DNA of 64,000 nt. Origin: Terriglobia bacterium. Its GTDB lineage: Bacteria > Acidobacteriota > Terriglobia > JAJPHL01 > JAPKYU01. Both the position numbers and the translations under genes were made by a program. The stretch is from NCBI GenBank assembly GCA_965206645.1, contig CBDBKE010000002.1, positions 320,001-384,000 on the forward strand, written 5' to 3'. This document shows positions 31,362 through 41,928 of this stretch, piece by piece. Below the pieces are notes generated by a model. That model had not been told where the DNA came from and made no database searches. It saw nothing but the letters and a program-made list of their open reading frames with translations. Each line of letters starts with the position of its first letter. The stretch's first letter is position 1.

Positions 31362-31853
31362 TCACGTGTTCGAGGTGTTTAATTGCTCTGATTCCGGTGG
31401 GGACGACCCAGGAGCCGTCCCCGGCCCTTCCCATTGAAAATTCGCCTCTGAACGACCCTCTCCCAAGTGATTCCAGCGATTCTGGAGGGCCGTCGCCCTC
31501 ATCCTAGCCAACTGCTCCCGTTGCTTCGGGGAGGCAGTACGACGGGGCCTCACTCCCGCCAGCTTCAGAACCGTTTTTACCTGAGCGGGGTTCAGCGGAT
31601 CGAACAGCGCCGATCCCTCTCCATCCGCGTCCTGCCAGATTTCGCACCCCACTGCTTTCCACCTCCGGCGGATGCTGTTCCACCTCCTCGGCGTCAGGTT
31701 CAAGAACATCACCCCGAGACGCTCGTCTCCGTGTTCGTACAGGTGGCCAAAGCGCCCATGCACGACCGGATCCCCTCACTCGTCGTGGCGCGTTTTGAGG
31801 TTGTGGTGCTTCGCGAACTCGCGAATCGTCGCCTCTTCTTGCCCACTTCTCAC
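31362..31853 (-). pseudogene. Element hypothetical protein with in-frame TGA at 31776-31778
   Basis: GTG start overlaps the upstream stop (GTGA); the frame reads ...LKTRHDE*GDPVVHGRFGHLYEHG into ORF 31362-31763. Confidence 0.5.
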
Positions 31854-33055
31854 TGTCTTCTTGCACCTCTGTTAAAAGCATCCGCAGGCGTTTGGTAACT
31901 CGGCCTCACCTCCGGGATGAAGCCACCTTCCTCAAGCCGCAAGGAAAACTTTGACTCTTCGGCAAAGCGATTCTTGAGGCAGCGTAAATCCACAGCGCGC
32001 CGGTCCTGCTCGCGGCGCTCCACGCGCCAGGCCATATCGGCGTCGGCCAAAAGCTCGGACGATCCCCTGTACTCCGGCGAGTTGGGCTTGTCGCTCTTGT
32101 GCGCAATGACCAGCACGGTTCCGCCGGCGTTCACCAATTCTCGGAAGGCGGCGGTCACGCGGGCCATGTCCTCGGCGCTATTTTCGGCACCGCGAAAGAA
32201 TCTGACCAGTGAGTCAAAGATTACCAGCGGGCGATGCTTGGCGCAGAAATCGAGAAGCCGACGGTCCCATATCGACGCTGGTTTCTCCTGGAGCCACTGC
32301 CCCCAGTAGTGCAGGCCCTGCGGATTGCCCGCTTGCAAATATTTCTTGCGGCGGTTAACAACCGCCTCTGGATTCTCCCGGTTCAGCACCAGCGCTCGCG
32401 TTCTTGCTGTCCGCTTCTGCGCGAAAGCGGCTCCCTGCGAAACCCGGACTGCCAAATCTATCTGCAGCCAAGACTTGAGACTCCCGCGCGCACCAACTAC
32501 TAGCGCGAGCGACTGGCGCGGGATGAAATCTTCTACCAGGTACTCCAGCGGAACGTCGCGGACTGAATCTAGTCCTGGAACTTGCTCAAGGTCAGTGAAC
32601 GTGGCGGCGTGACTGTTCTCAGCCAGGGTATTTCCGTGGTCCCGCAGGTCATCTAGTAGGGCTTCGGAGCCTTCGCTGTCGAGGGCTCGGTTTTCGATTG
32701 CGCGGCAGGTGCGGATGATTTTCCGCAGGCGCGATTTTTCGCTGACAATCGCGGCATAGTGCTCGATGTTTACTGACCGTGGAAGACCCTCGGTCAAGCT
32801 CGGCAATAGGCTTACTAGGCGGTGGGCGTTGTCTGCAATCAGCCGTTCGGTCAGTGTCACCGGGTCGATAGGCTCGCCGTCTTCCCTCATCGCAGCCATA
32901 TGCCGCCAAAGCATCGCGTGGTCCGCAACGGTGAAATCTGCAGGCTGCAAGAACACAGTGGCCATCGCGGCGTTGTCCTGCAGCACGGCCCCGAGCACGG
33001 CGCATTCGGCATCGACGTTTACGGGCAGGCCCCTTGTTAAGATCGCGTCGCTCAT
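31850..33055 (-). CDS. DnaB N-terminal domain + RepA/AAA_25-like helicase
   Basis: LPVNVDAECAVLGAVL DnaB-N; Walker A-like GARGSLKS; VIFDSL; IAH...YRGSS. Confidence 0.8.
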   Translation of the reverse strand: MSDAILTRGLPVNVDAECAVLGAVLQDNAAMATVFLQPADFTVADHAMLWRHMAAMREDGEPIDPVTLTERLIADNAHRLVSLLPSLTEGLPRSVNIEHYAAIVSEKSRLRKIIRTCRAIENRALDSEGSEALLDDLRDHGNTLAENSHAATFTDLEQVPGLDSVRDVPLEYLVEDFIPRQSLALVVGARGSLKSWLQIDLAVRVSQGAAFAQKRTARTRALVLNRENPEAVVNRRKKYLQAGNPQGLHYWGQWLQEKPASIWDRRLLDFCAKHRPLVIFDSLVRFFRGAENSAEDMARVTAAFRELVNAGGTVLVIAHKSDKPNSPEYRGSSELLADADMAWRVERREQDRRAVDLRCLKNRFAEESKFSLRLEEGGFIPEVRPSYQTPADAFNRGARRQ

Positions 33056-33900
33056 CCCTCCCCCATCCATTTTTCCATCCGCTCTGCGGACCCAAAGACG
33101 TGCTGTAAGTCGGCATGGACCTTGGCCCGGTCATTCTGGCCCATGTGGAACGGGCTTCTCCGGATGGCGTCAACGCACCTGCACATTGCTTCGGTTGCTG
33201 CAGCCATCAGGGTAGGGCCTTTCAGGTCAGGATTCAGGTTCCGTCCAATTTCGATTGCTTCTCTTGCCCTGGCTTTGAGCATCTGCCGCCGCTTGTCAGT
33301 GAATCGGTACAAAGCTGCGTTCTTCCCCATTACCGTGAGGTAGTGTTGGTAGACCCTGCTGGTGATGTGGTGGTAAGCAGTCTCCGGGGGCGAATCCCCG
33401 AGAGCCGGCGAAGGAGCCTCCTTGGCGACTTCGCCAACGGTGTTAGTATTTCTTCTGTTTCCGTTTCCTTCTCTTTCTTGATAGGAGGAGTTGTCCTCGC
33501 GTGTCTCCCCGCGGGTGCCCTTACCGTTCTCCTCGCGCTTTTCATAGACGGGAGTGCGGTAATCCGTTGTTTTCTCAGTGTTCAGTAACCATCCGCTCCT
33601 CGCCCCCTTGCTGGCGAGGTACTTATTGATGAGAATTGGGTAACTTCCGTGGCGTCCTGGGATCGTGAACCGCTTGATGTAGCCGTCCCTTTCCAGGCTT
33701 TCTAGAACGTCGCGTGCATACCTCTCTTGATAGCCGTATCGAGCCGCCAGTCCTTTCGCGCTGGACCACACAATGCCGGTTTCGCAATCGGCTTCCAAAA
33801 TCAGGTGGGCGTAGGTGGCAAAATGCAAAGGCGGCAGTTTTCCTTGAACACAGTGATTGAGAATGCCCCGGCGCAGTTGGACGTAACCGCTCCAATTCAC
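33052..33900 (-). CDS. Putative phage-type replication initiator protein
   Basis: N-terminal GYVQLRR plus winged-HTH-like segment, charged linker, overlapping the helicase gene. Confidence 0.55.
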   Translation of the reverse strand: MNWSGYVQLRRGILNHCVQGKLPPLHFATYAHLILEADCETGIVWSSAKGLAARYGYQERYARDVLESLERDGYIKRFTIPGRHGSYPILINKYLASKGARSGWLLNTEKTTDYRTPVYEKREENGKGTRGETREDNSSYQEREGNGNRRNTNTVGEVAKEAPSPALGDSPPETAYHHITSRVYQHYLTVMGKNAALYRFTDKRRQMLKARAREAIEIGRNLNPDLKGPTLMAAATEAMCRCVDAIRRSPFHMGQNDRAKVHADLQHVFGSAERMEKWMGEG

Positions 33901-34157
33901 AGCCTGCTCACCTCTGCTGCCCAGCGGCGCAGGACCGCTACCACCCTCCGGGCGCTGTCCTCCGACCCGTCCAGAGGAACACCAGCTTCACTCGCGGCTC
34001 GTGCGAAAATATCGCCCAGCCGGACCATTTGCGTCGGCTCGGCCTTGCCTTGTCCATCAATGTTTGAATGGGAATTGCTGCCGCCTGTCGGCCTGGGTTC
34101 CAGCCAGGCCGATAGGGTTTGAGGCTCGTTGTCAATCGCTCCCATCTCGTACTCCAC
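33897..34157 (-). CDS. Hypothetical element protein
   Basis: ORF overlaps the next gene start by 4 bp on the same strand. Confidence 0.4.
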   Translation of the reverse strand: MEYEMGAIDNEPQTLSAWLEPRPTGGSNSHSNIDGQGKAEPTQMVRLGDIFARAASEAGVPLDGSEDSARRVVAVLRRWAAEVSRL

Positions 34158-34362
34158 GATTAAGATTCAGCGTACGCGTTTAGAGTAGCGACCAACCTGG
34201 TACGTGCCAAGAATGCAGATTGCGGGTTACTTCGGGTTATTTCTGGTTTTTTGGAAGGAGATAATGTTTGAGGGATTCTACCGTTATCTTGCTGTTGTGT
34301 CCGCCACCCACAACTACCAAAGCTCCACTTCTTACGAGGTTTTGCCGTTGCCTCTCACTAAT

Positions 34363-36021
34363 CCCGGATTTCCTTTATGAACTATCGGCGGCAACCTTCT
34401 GAATGACTCCAACGTCAGTATTGATGCGGGTTCCAGCATCAACATTGCCTTCCGGAGGTGTACACCGAATGGGTGAGAGCCAAAAACAGGCGTTTCAACT
34501 GTCATTCAACCGGTTTCTGCGGGTCACATTTCAGGGATCGCGAATCACTTCCGACGGCGGTCTGATTGTGGTGCGCGAGTTGGACGAACGTTTGGGGTTC
34601 GGCGAACTTATCGAACAGCACTTGATCGACTCTCGGGGGAAGAACACCCGGTTGCCCCTCGCTGACTTGCTGCGGCAGTCCATCTACAGCCGCTTGGCAG
34701 GATACGAAGACGTCAACGACGCCGAGCGGCTTTCCCAAGATCCGACGTTCCGGCTGATCGGTTCGGAGAAGATCTGGGAACGTGGCGCAGCCCTGACTTC
34801 CCGGTTACAGTCGTTCGAGACAGAACTGCTGACGCAAGACGAGAACCTTGCTGGTTTGGCAGCGATCAACCGGGATTTGATCGCCAGGGCGGAAGCTATG
34901 GATGCGCCGCGCCGGGTGGTGCTGGACATGGACAGCACCGAGATCCCGGTCTACGGCGAACAGGAGCAGAGCGCCTACAACGGGCATTTCGAGTCGAGTT
35001 GCTATCACCCGTTGTTGCTGTTCAGTCGCGAGGGTGACTGTCTGGCGGCCAAGCTGCGACCCGGCAACGTGCACAGCGCCGAGGATTGGGAAGAACTTCT
35101 CCTGCCAGAGATCGAACGGCAGCAGAAGCTGGGCAAGGAAGTGGTGTTTCGCGCCGACGCCGCCTTCGCCAAGCCGGAGATCTACGACGCACTGGAGGAG
35201 CGGGACGTGAAGTATGCGATTCGCATCCCGGCCAACGACAGTCTGGAGAGGGACATCGCGGAGTTGTTGACGCGGTCAGTGGGGCGACCGAGCCACAAGC
35301 CGGTGGTCTGGTACAAGAGCTTTCTCTACCAGGCAGCCAGTTGGAAAAAGGCGCGGCGGGTGGTGGCGAAGGTGGAGTTCCACTTTGGCGAACTGTTCCC
35401 TCGCGTGGGGTTCATCGTCACCAATCTGGAGACCGACAGCCGGGCGGTGGTCCGGTTCTACAACAAGCGGGGCACCGCAGAGCAATGGATCAAGGAAGGC
35501 AAGCAGGCGGTAAAGATGACCCGGCTGAGTTGCCATCGGTTTCGGTCGAACGAGGTGCGCCTATGGCTGAGCCTGATCGCCTACAACTTGGGAAACCTGT
35601 GGCGGCGGCTGGTGCTACCGAAGAGGATCAACAACTGGTCGCTGACGAGTTTGCAGCAGCGGCTGGTGAAAACGGGCGGACGGCTGGTGAAACATGCGCG
35701 ATATTACTGGCTTTTGCTGGCCGAAGGGCACTTGAGCCGGAGGCTGTTCAGCAGCATGCTGCGAACGATCTCGGCACTGCCGCTGCCAGACGGCTAGCGA
35801 CCCAGGAGAGAGGGTAATTTTAGGTGCTCAGAAGTGGTCGGGCCGGACAAGTGTCAGCGGCGAGGCAGGCTGGGCAGGCGAAACCCGCACAGCGACTCCG
35901 AAGAACAGCCAAAATGTGCCGCACTACCACCTCAAAGAGGCCCGGGCGATTTGCGATTGACACGACAGGGTAAGAGGCATAGGTTTTCGGGTGAAGGGGA
36001 AGCTCAAAATGGAAATTCCGG
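34363..36021 (+). mobile_element. IS1380-family copy 3 (type A, 1659 bp); transposase ORF 34403-35797
   Basis: Near-identical to copy 1. The left-flank CTAAT recurs at 36286-36290 rather than at the IRR. Confidence 0.92.
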
Positions 36022-36059
36022 TTTAATTGAGGTGATTCCCGCGGCTGCGCCGCCTCGCT

Positions 36060-36285
36060 TCAGCGCCCCTCGACCATGGTGAGGAAATATTGATGGAGGC
36101 GAGGGTCGGGGGTCAATTCCGGGTGGAACGTAGCGGCCAACAGGTACTGTTGGCGCACCAGCACCGCCGAACCCCGGCATTCAGCCAGCACCTGAACTCC
36201 CGGCCCAACCCGTTCAATGATGGGCGCGCGGATAAAGACCATCTCCAATGAAGAATCGGACCAGCCGCCAACGGGACTTTCTCGG
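36060..36285 (-). pseudogene. pdxT: Captured 3' fragment of pyridoxal-phosphate synthase glutaminase subunit
   Basis: VFIRAP and ATFHPELT motifs characteristic of the PdxT/SNO C-terminus. Confidence 0.85.
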
Positions 36286-36969
36286 CTAATACCTAAGTAT
36301 TGCTCTGCGGTTCTAAAAGTAACTGCGTCTTTGCCCCTAAGGAGTGTCGAGTCGCCCTTACGCTCCTTCCTGCGTGGAGCTTTCTTTTGAGGCGTGCGCC
36401 GTTCCGTCCCTTTGCTGGTGCCGCCTGCCTCTTTGTATCCAAGTTGCAACATCTCCTCTTCCGCATTGATGCGCCAGTCCTCACAAACCTCTTCGACAGC
36501 TTTTCCCAGGCGTAATCTGCCGGCACGGAAAGTCGCATCGGATTCCGGCAGTCCCCCCGCTGCGGCATAGCTTTGAAATTCTTGCCAAATACCAGTCGTG
36601 CGGCCCTGTATCGTCGGCAGGATTACCTTGTTAAACATTACCTGTACGAACTCCGGGGTTTTCTTCTCACCTTGCTTTTTCCAAACCTCACAGGCCGCGT
36701 TATATGCCTGCTCCGGGACTTTCCTGAGGTGCTCAATCTGGATCGCCAACTGCTCTAAGATAAAAGCCTGCCCCATGGGATTCTGTTGCAAGTGGATGCT
36801 GTTGGTCTCTTTTCTTGTTTGCGTGTCCCTCTGTTTTGCGATTCGGGTCAGTTTCAAACCGAGATGCCGCTGGTTGAAGCGGTCCCACAGGCTTCCTTCT
36901 GCCACAATAGTTAGTGGTCTGAATGAGCTGGTGCTGTGAGACTTACCCGCCTCTGCAGGCAACGGCCAC

Positions 36970-37050
36970 CTCCTGAAAGCGGCTCCTGAAAGAAAATGCC
37001 CGGCAACCGGCTCAGGATTCCGGTGTTCGAGAGCTACCCTAGCCGGGCTT
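36970..37050 (-). ncRNA. Putative C4/CI-like antisense RNA structure with two adjacent targets
   Basis: Outer stem GCCCGGC/GCCGGGC; inner stem ACCGG/CCGGT whose loop (AATCCTGAG on the minus strand) is complementary to two TCAGGA copies overlapping the RBS. Confidence 0.5.
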
Positions 37051-37084
37051 TCCGTCCAAGTTTACACGGGCAGGGCCCCCCTAC

Positions 37085-38364
37085 TGACCTGCCGGCTTTC
37101 TTCGGACCACCGATTACTGGAGAACAGCGCCAGTCGGCATGGTTAAGTCGCTCTCGTGTTCTTCTTGGTCAGCGTGAGCCGGCATCGCCGGCGAGCGCCC
37201 ACCGTCATCCGAGCCAGCACGGAGCTGCGCTTTGAACTCGGCTGGCGTCAGATAGCCAAGGCTCGAGTGCGGTCGCACGTCGTTGTAGTGCCGTCGCCAT
37301 TGCTCGATCCCCACCTTCGCGTCCACGCGGTTCCGAAACCACTGCAGGCTCAGATACTCGTCGCGGAACTTCCCGTTGAACGATTCGTCGGTCGCATTCT
37401 GCCACGGCTTGCCCGGCTCGATGAGCGCGGTTTCGATCTGCGCCTGGAGCAGCCACCGGAGAATCGCACCCGCAACAAACTCGGGGCCGTTGTCGGACCG
37501 GAGGTAACGTGGGGCTCCGTGGACGCTCACGAGCTGCGTGAGCACCTCGATAACGCGCCCGGACCGAATGCCGCCGGCCACGTCGATCGCGAGTGACTCG
37601 CGGGTCCATTCGTCGACGACGGTGAGGCACTTGAGCGTCTGCCCATTCGCGCAGGTGTCGAACACGAAGTCGTACGCCCAGACGTGATTGACCGCAGTGG
37701 CGGGCACCGGGCGGGGCCGGCTCAGGGCGACCCGGCGCCGCGGCCGCCGCCGAGGCACCTGCAACCCCGCCTGGCGCCAGAGGCGATGGGTCCGGTCCGT
37801 GCTCATCGTGTGCCCTTCGCGTTTTAGGAAAATCCGAATCCGGCGATAGCCGTACCGCGGATACTGCGCCGCCAGACGACGCATCGCGGCCAGCGCCGGG
37901 GCATCCCGGTCGACCAGCCGCGACTGGTAGCCCAGCGTGGACCGTGCGACGGAGAGCAAGGCGCACGCGCGGCGACCCGACAGACCGCGTGCACGTGCAT
38001 ACGCGACCTGCGGCCGGCGCACGCGTGCGCCTACCATTTTTTTCGGGTGATCTCCTTGAGCACGTCGATCTCCAGATCTCGATCGGCCACCATCTTTTTC
38101 AGCCGGCCGTTCTCCTGCTCGAGCTGCCGCAGCCGCTTCACATCGGCGGGCTCCAACGTGCCGAAGTGTTTCCGCCAGGCGTAGAGCGTCTGGGCGCTGA
38201 CGCCGTTCTTTTTGGCCACCTCCGGAACGGGCCGCTGATCGGCCTCGCGGAGGATCGTCACCATCTGCTCTTCGGTAAACCGGGTCTTCTTCATGGCTCC
38301 CTCGTTTCTCCGAGGGCGCCATTCTCTCAGGCTTCAGCTGGTCCGGAAATCGCCAGGCAGGTCA
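37085..38364 (-). mobile_element. IS3-family element of a second type; orfA 38031-38294, orfB to 37114 via frameshift
   Basis: TGACCTGCC IRs; orfA MKKTRFTEEQ ends at an A7 run; orfB has WAYDF, SDNGPEF and ESFNGK. Flanks CTAC/ATAC are not a perfect TSD. Confidence 0.9.
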
Positions 38365-38479
38365 ATACTGCAACCCGGTTCTTGTACGGGTTATTCTGGG
38401 CTCCGCGGGTGCGCAGGGCACCCACCGCAGGGTGGGTACCCCTCTTGCGCTTGTGCATTGTAGGGGGGCCTGTGCGCGA

Positions 38480-39729
38480 TGACCTGACCGGCACTTTTTG
38501 TACCAAGTGGAAAGAGAGAGAATCCACTTGAGGAGGAAGTGAGGTCATGCCGACAAGGAGTTACAAGCCGGAGCAGATTGTAGCGGTGCTACGGCAGATA
38601 GAAGTGCAGATGGGGAACGGGAAGACTGCGCCCCAAGCCTGCAAAGAAGCTGGAATCCACACCCAAACCTACTACCGGTGGCGGAAGGAATACGGCGGGC
38701 TGAAGGTGGTGCAGGCAAAACGGCTGAAGGAGTTGGAGAAGGAAAACACGCGGCTGAAGCGGTTGGTAGCGGAGCTTTCTCTGGAGAAGCAGGTGCTGCG
38801 GGATGTGGCACAGGGAAACTTCTGAGCCCTGAGCGGCGGCGTTGTGCGGTGGAGCGTGCGTGGGAGCAACACGGGTTGTCGGAACGGCATGCCTGCCGGC
38901 TGCTGGAGCAATGGCGAGGGACACAACGATACGAGCCGATTCATCGGGTGGACGAGGATGCTCTGACCCGAGCGATCATTGCCCTGGGAGCGAAGTACGG
39001 GCGATATGGCTACCGGAGGATCACAGCGTTGCTGCGGAGTGCGGGCTGGGAAGTGGGCAAGGACCGGGTGCAGCGGATTTGGCGGCGGGAAGGGCTGAAA
39101 GTGCCGCAAAAACAAAGGCCGCGAGGACGGCTGTGGCTGAACGACGGTTCCTGTGTACGACTGAGGCCGGAGCGACCGAACCACGTGTGGAGCTACGACT
39201 TCATGAGTGCCAGAACGCACGAGGGGAGAACGCTGCGGCTGCTGACCTTGCTGGATGAGTACACGCGGGAATGCCTGGCGATCCGGGTGGAGCGGAGGAT
39301 GGGCAGCCAACAAATCATTGAGGCGTTGTCGGACGTGATGTTGTGGCGAGGGATACCGGAACAGATTCGATCCGACAATGGTCCCGAGTTCATCGCCAAA
39401 CAACTGCGCCAGTGGTTGGCAAATCTAGGGACCGGGACACTGTACATCGAACCGGGCAGTCCCTGGGAGAACGGGTACTGCGAGAGTTTCAATGGGAAGC
39501 TGCGGGACGAATGCCTGAATGGAGAGATCTTCTACTCGTTGAAGGAGGCACAGGTGGTGATTGAACAGTGGAGGGTGCAATACAACACGGTGCGGCCGCA
39601 CTCGGCGCTCGGCTATAGGCCCCCGGCGCCGGGGGCCTATAGCCCTCCCCTGCCACTGAAACCAGTTTCACAGCCCCAGGCTGCGATGTGAACTCTCACT
39701 ACGGTTGGTACAAAAAATCGGTCTGGTCA
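38480..39729 (+). mobile_element. IS3-family element, intact copy of 3284-4603; orfA 38547-38825, orfB to 39691
   Basis: Same IRs; GGGAAAC slippery heptamer at 38813-38819; no TSD (GCGA/GGTG). Confidence 0.92.
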
Positions 39730-39837
39730 GGTGACGCTCTGAGCGGCCGAGTGAGGTCGTGATCGTGTCTCGGCTGCCACCATCGCGGTTCAACAAGCGC
39801 TTTCAGGCTACCTCCTTGTCGGCCGCAATACCGGATG

Positions 39838-39865
39838 GGTCTGCACTAACGGGCTAGTGTTTACC
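39838..39865 (+). repeat. dif-like 11-6-11 site B: GGTCTGCACTA ACGGGC TAGTGTTTACC
   Basis: Same spacer as site A; arms match E. coli dif at 7/11 and 6/11 positions. Confidence 0.6.
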
Positions 39866-40161
39866 AACCAAGGATGTGAACCGCGCGCCGGGGGCAATCC
39901 TCCGTGAAGTGGCTGCCTGATCCCGGCTGAACCCCACCAGCACGGCAGGCGGAAGATCGCCGGGCGCGGCTGGCCGGGTCGTCGCGCTGGTTTACCCGTG
40001 GGAAGGGCTCGGATTTTGTGGCAGTGGGGATCGCGGATTCGGGCGGAAGGGGGCTCCCTTTTTCCGGAGGGAGTGGCGGAAAGTAGCGGTGGGAGGCTAC
40101 GTTTTGCTTGAAGGATGTTGAATGCTGCGTGGGTGTATCATACGGCGGCAGAAGGGTTGCG

Positions 40162-40254
40162 GTGATTGAGAAGCATGAGTTTGGGAAGTTGCGGGTGGAC
40201 GGGGATGAGTACCACCACGATGTCATCAGAGTGGTCAGACTTAGAGATTCTTAG
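40162..40254 (+). pseudogene. N-terminal fragment resembling Mth938-like proteins
   Basis: IEKHEFGKLRVDGDEYHHDVI followed by an early stop. Confidence 0.4.
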
Positions 40255-40363
40255 CACAACCCAAAAAACGCAGTTGGGCACTCCGTCTTTTGTGGCGAAC
40301 ATGTTCTGCCAGGCTGACGAGATAGTGGGCCTGGTCGGGTCCCTACCTTGAGCGAGGAGAGAT

Positions 40364-41659
40364 ATGAAACGAAGAGACTGGCTTCGATGTGTCGCTGGGG
40401 GAGTTGTGTCCCAGCTGGTCTGCCCGGAGGTGAGCCGCGCCGCGCCCGAGCCTCTGCCGTGGCCTCAAAAGGACGGCGATCTGACAATCACGAGTGTCCG
40501 CCTGGTCAAAGTGCGGCCCAAACGCCCCGTCCCAACCTATACGCCGGACCCCAACTCCTGGATCGCGCGGGTACGACAAGGTACAGAAGAAATCGCCAGC
40601 CCGATGTCGATCTATCCCAAATACAAGCCGTCTCGTTCTTTGTTTGGGCCGGACGATGAGCGGCTGGGGCGAGTGTGGGTCGAGATCGGCACCAACCAAG
40701 GGGTGACCGGGCTGGCTCCGGGAGGTCCCGGAGGCGGACCCATCATCGGGGGTCACCTGGTGAAACTTCTGCTTGGAGAAAACCCGCTCAACGTTGAGCG
40801 GCTGTGGGATATCCTGTGGCGCTCGACGATGTCCTACGGTCGCAAGGGAGCCGTTCTGCACGCGATCAGCGGGGTGGACCTAGCCCTCTGGGACCTCGCC
40901 GGGAAGGTTTGGGGACTGCCTGTTTACAAACTTCTCGGTGGTGAGACGAAAGCCCGCATCCCGGCCTACTGCACGGGGAATGATATCGAGCAGCATGTCG
41001 AGTTCGGATATACGAAGCTCAAGCTGGCGCTGCCGCATGGTCCGGTGGACGGCAAAGAGGGGATTCGCAAGAACGTGGCGCTGGTGAAGCGTGCCAGGGA
41101 GGCGGTTGGACGCGCCGGCGAAGTCATGATGGACTGCTGGATGGCGCTGACCGAGCGGTATACGCTCGAATTGGCCGAAGCGTTCGAGCCCTATCGGGTC
41201 TATTGGTTGGAGGAGTGCTTGCCCCCTCACGACTACGAAGGAATGGGGCGGCTGCGGAAGCTGATTCGCTCCACGCGCCTCGTCACAGGTGAGCACGAAT
41301 ATACGCGGTATGGATTTCGGCAACTGCTCGAACACGATGCCGCCGATATCTGGCAGCCGGACGTACATTGGTGCGGAGGGTTGACCGAGCTACGGCGGAT
41401 CGGGGCGCTGGCTGCGGCCTACGACATTCCGGTCATCCCCCACAGCGGCGGTCAACGTGACTCGGCGCACTACATCACGGCGACGCCGAACACCCCGTGG
41501 GCGGAGTTCTCCCGAGGAGGGATGCCACCGCCCGGTGGCCCAGCGGTGGTCTATGAGCGCTACGAAGAGGACAACCTGTTGAGCCGCGGTCCCGAAGGCA
41601 TCTATACGCGTCCCTCGGACGAACCCGGGTTTGGGTGGGATCTGGAGGTTGCGAGCTAA
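40364..41659 (+). CDS. Mandelate racemase/enolase-superfamily sugar-acid dehydratase (L-rhamnonate dehydratase-like) with Tat-like signal
   Basis: AISGVDLALWDL, KLK, MMDCW, WLEE, TGEHE, QPDVHWCGG and IPH motifs; N-terminal KRRDWL. Confidence 0.85.
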   Translation: MKRRDWLRCVAGGVVSQLVCPEVSRAAPEPLPWPQKDGDLTITSVRLVKVRPKRPVPTYTPDPNSWIARVRQGTEEIASPMSIYPKYKPSRSLFGPDDERLGRVWVEIGTNQGVTGLAPGGPGGGPIIGGHLVKLLLGENPLNVERLWDILWRSTMSYGRKGAVLHAISGVDLALWDLAGKVWGLPVYKLLGGETKARIPAYCTGNDIEQHVEFGYTKLKLALPHGPVDGKEGIRKNVALVKRAREAVGRAGEVMMDCWMALTERYTLELAEAFEPYRVYWLEECLPPHDYEGMGRLRKLIRSTRLVTGEHEYTRYGFRQLLEHDAADIWQPDVHWCGGLTELRRIGALAAAYDIPVIPHSGGQRDSAHYITATPNTPWAEFSRGGMPPPGGPAVVYERYEEDNLLSRGPEGIYTRPSDEPGFGWDLEVAS

Positions 41660-41928
41660 CCCCCAGCCAAACTGCTCTCTGAGAATAGCGGAGGTGCAGG
41701 TTGAAAGAGGGAACATGGAAGCGTAACGCGGTGTTCGCAGTCTGTATGGCCGTCGTTAAGGCAGCGCTAGCCCCCTCGAGCGCGTGTTCCTCCGGAAGCC
41801 GGAAACTCCGCCCCTGCGCAGGAACGTTTCAGCAAAGAAAAACCGGGACGGGCACACACAGCGACACACCCGGGAGATGAACAATAAGTGAATAGTCCTG
41901 GACTGTATTCTTCTTCAGGAGGGATCTG

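Larger units (their letters stand above)
34237..36962 (-). pseudogene. Element protein with C-terminal HTH, split by IS1380 copy 3 plus passenger (pieces 36286-36962 and 34237-34362)
   Basis: Joining at TSD CTAAT restores [13 protein letters not shown]|ERQRQNLVRSGALVVVGGGHNSKITVESLKHYLLPKNQK*. Confidence 0.8.
29901..37084 (-). mobile_element. Integrated phage-satellite-like element at the tRNA-Leu 3' end; distal end not recognisable
   Basis: Integrase, xis-like HTH, DnaB-N/AAA helicase, replication protein and HTH gene, all on one strand pointing to the tRNA; no capsid genes or second att copy found. Confidence 0.7.

Noticed and set aside
31776-31778. Selenocysteine read-through at the in-frame TGA
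   Set aside because: No redox-protein context or evident SECIS; nonsense mutation in a decaying element is simpler.
37081-39733. Composite transposon formed by the two adjacent IS3 elements
   Set aside because: They are different elements and the outer flanks (CTAC/GGTG) do not match.
39881-39969. SRP (4.5S) RNA
   Set aside because: The conserved helix-8 CAGG...GNRA...AGCAG motif is absent on both strands.
36963-40360. Second att site for the tRNA-Leu element
   Set aside because: No repeat of the tRNA 3' end found by eye.
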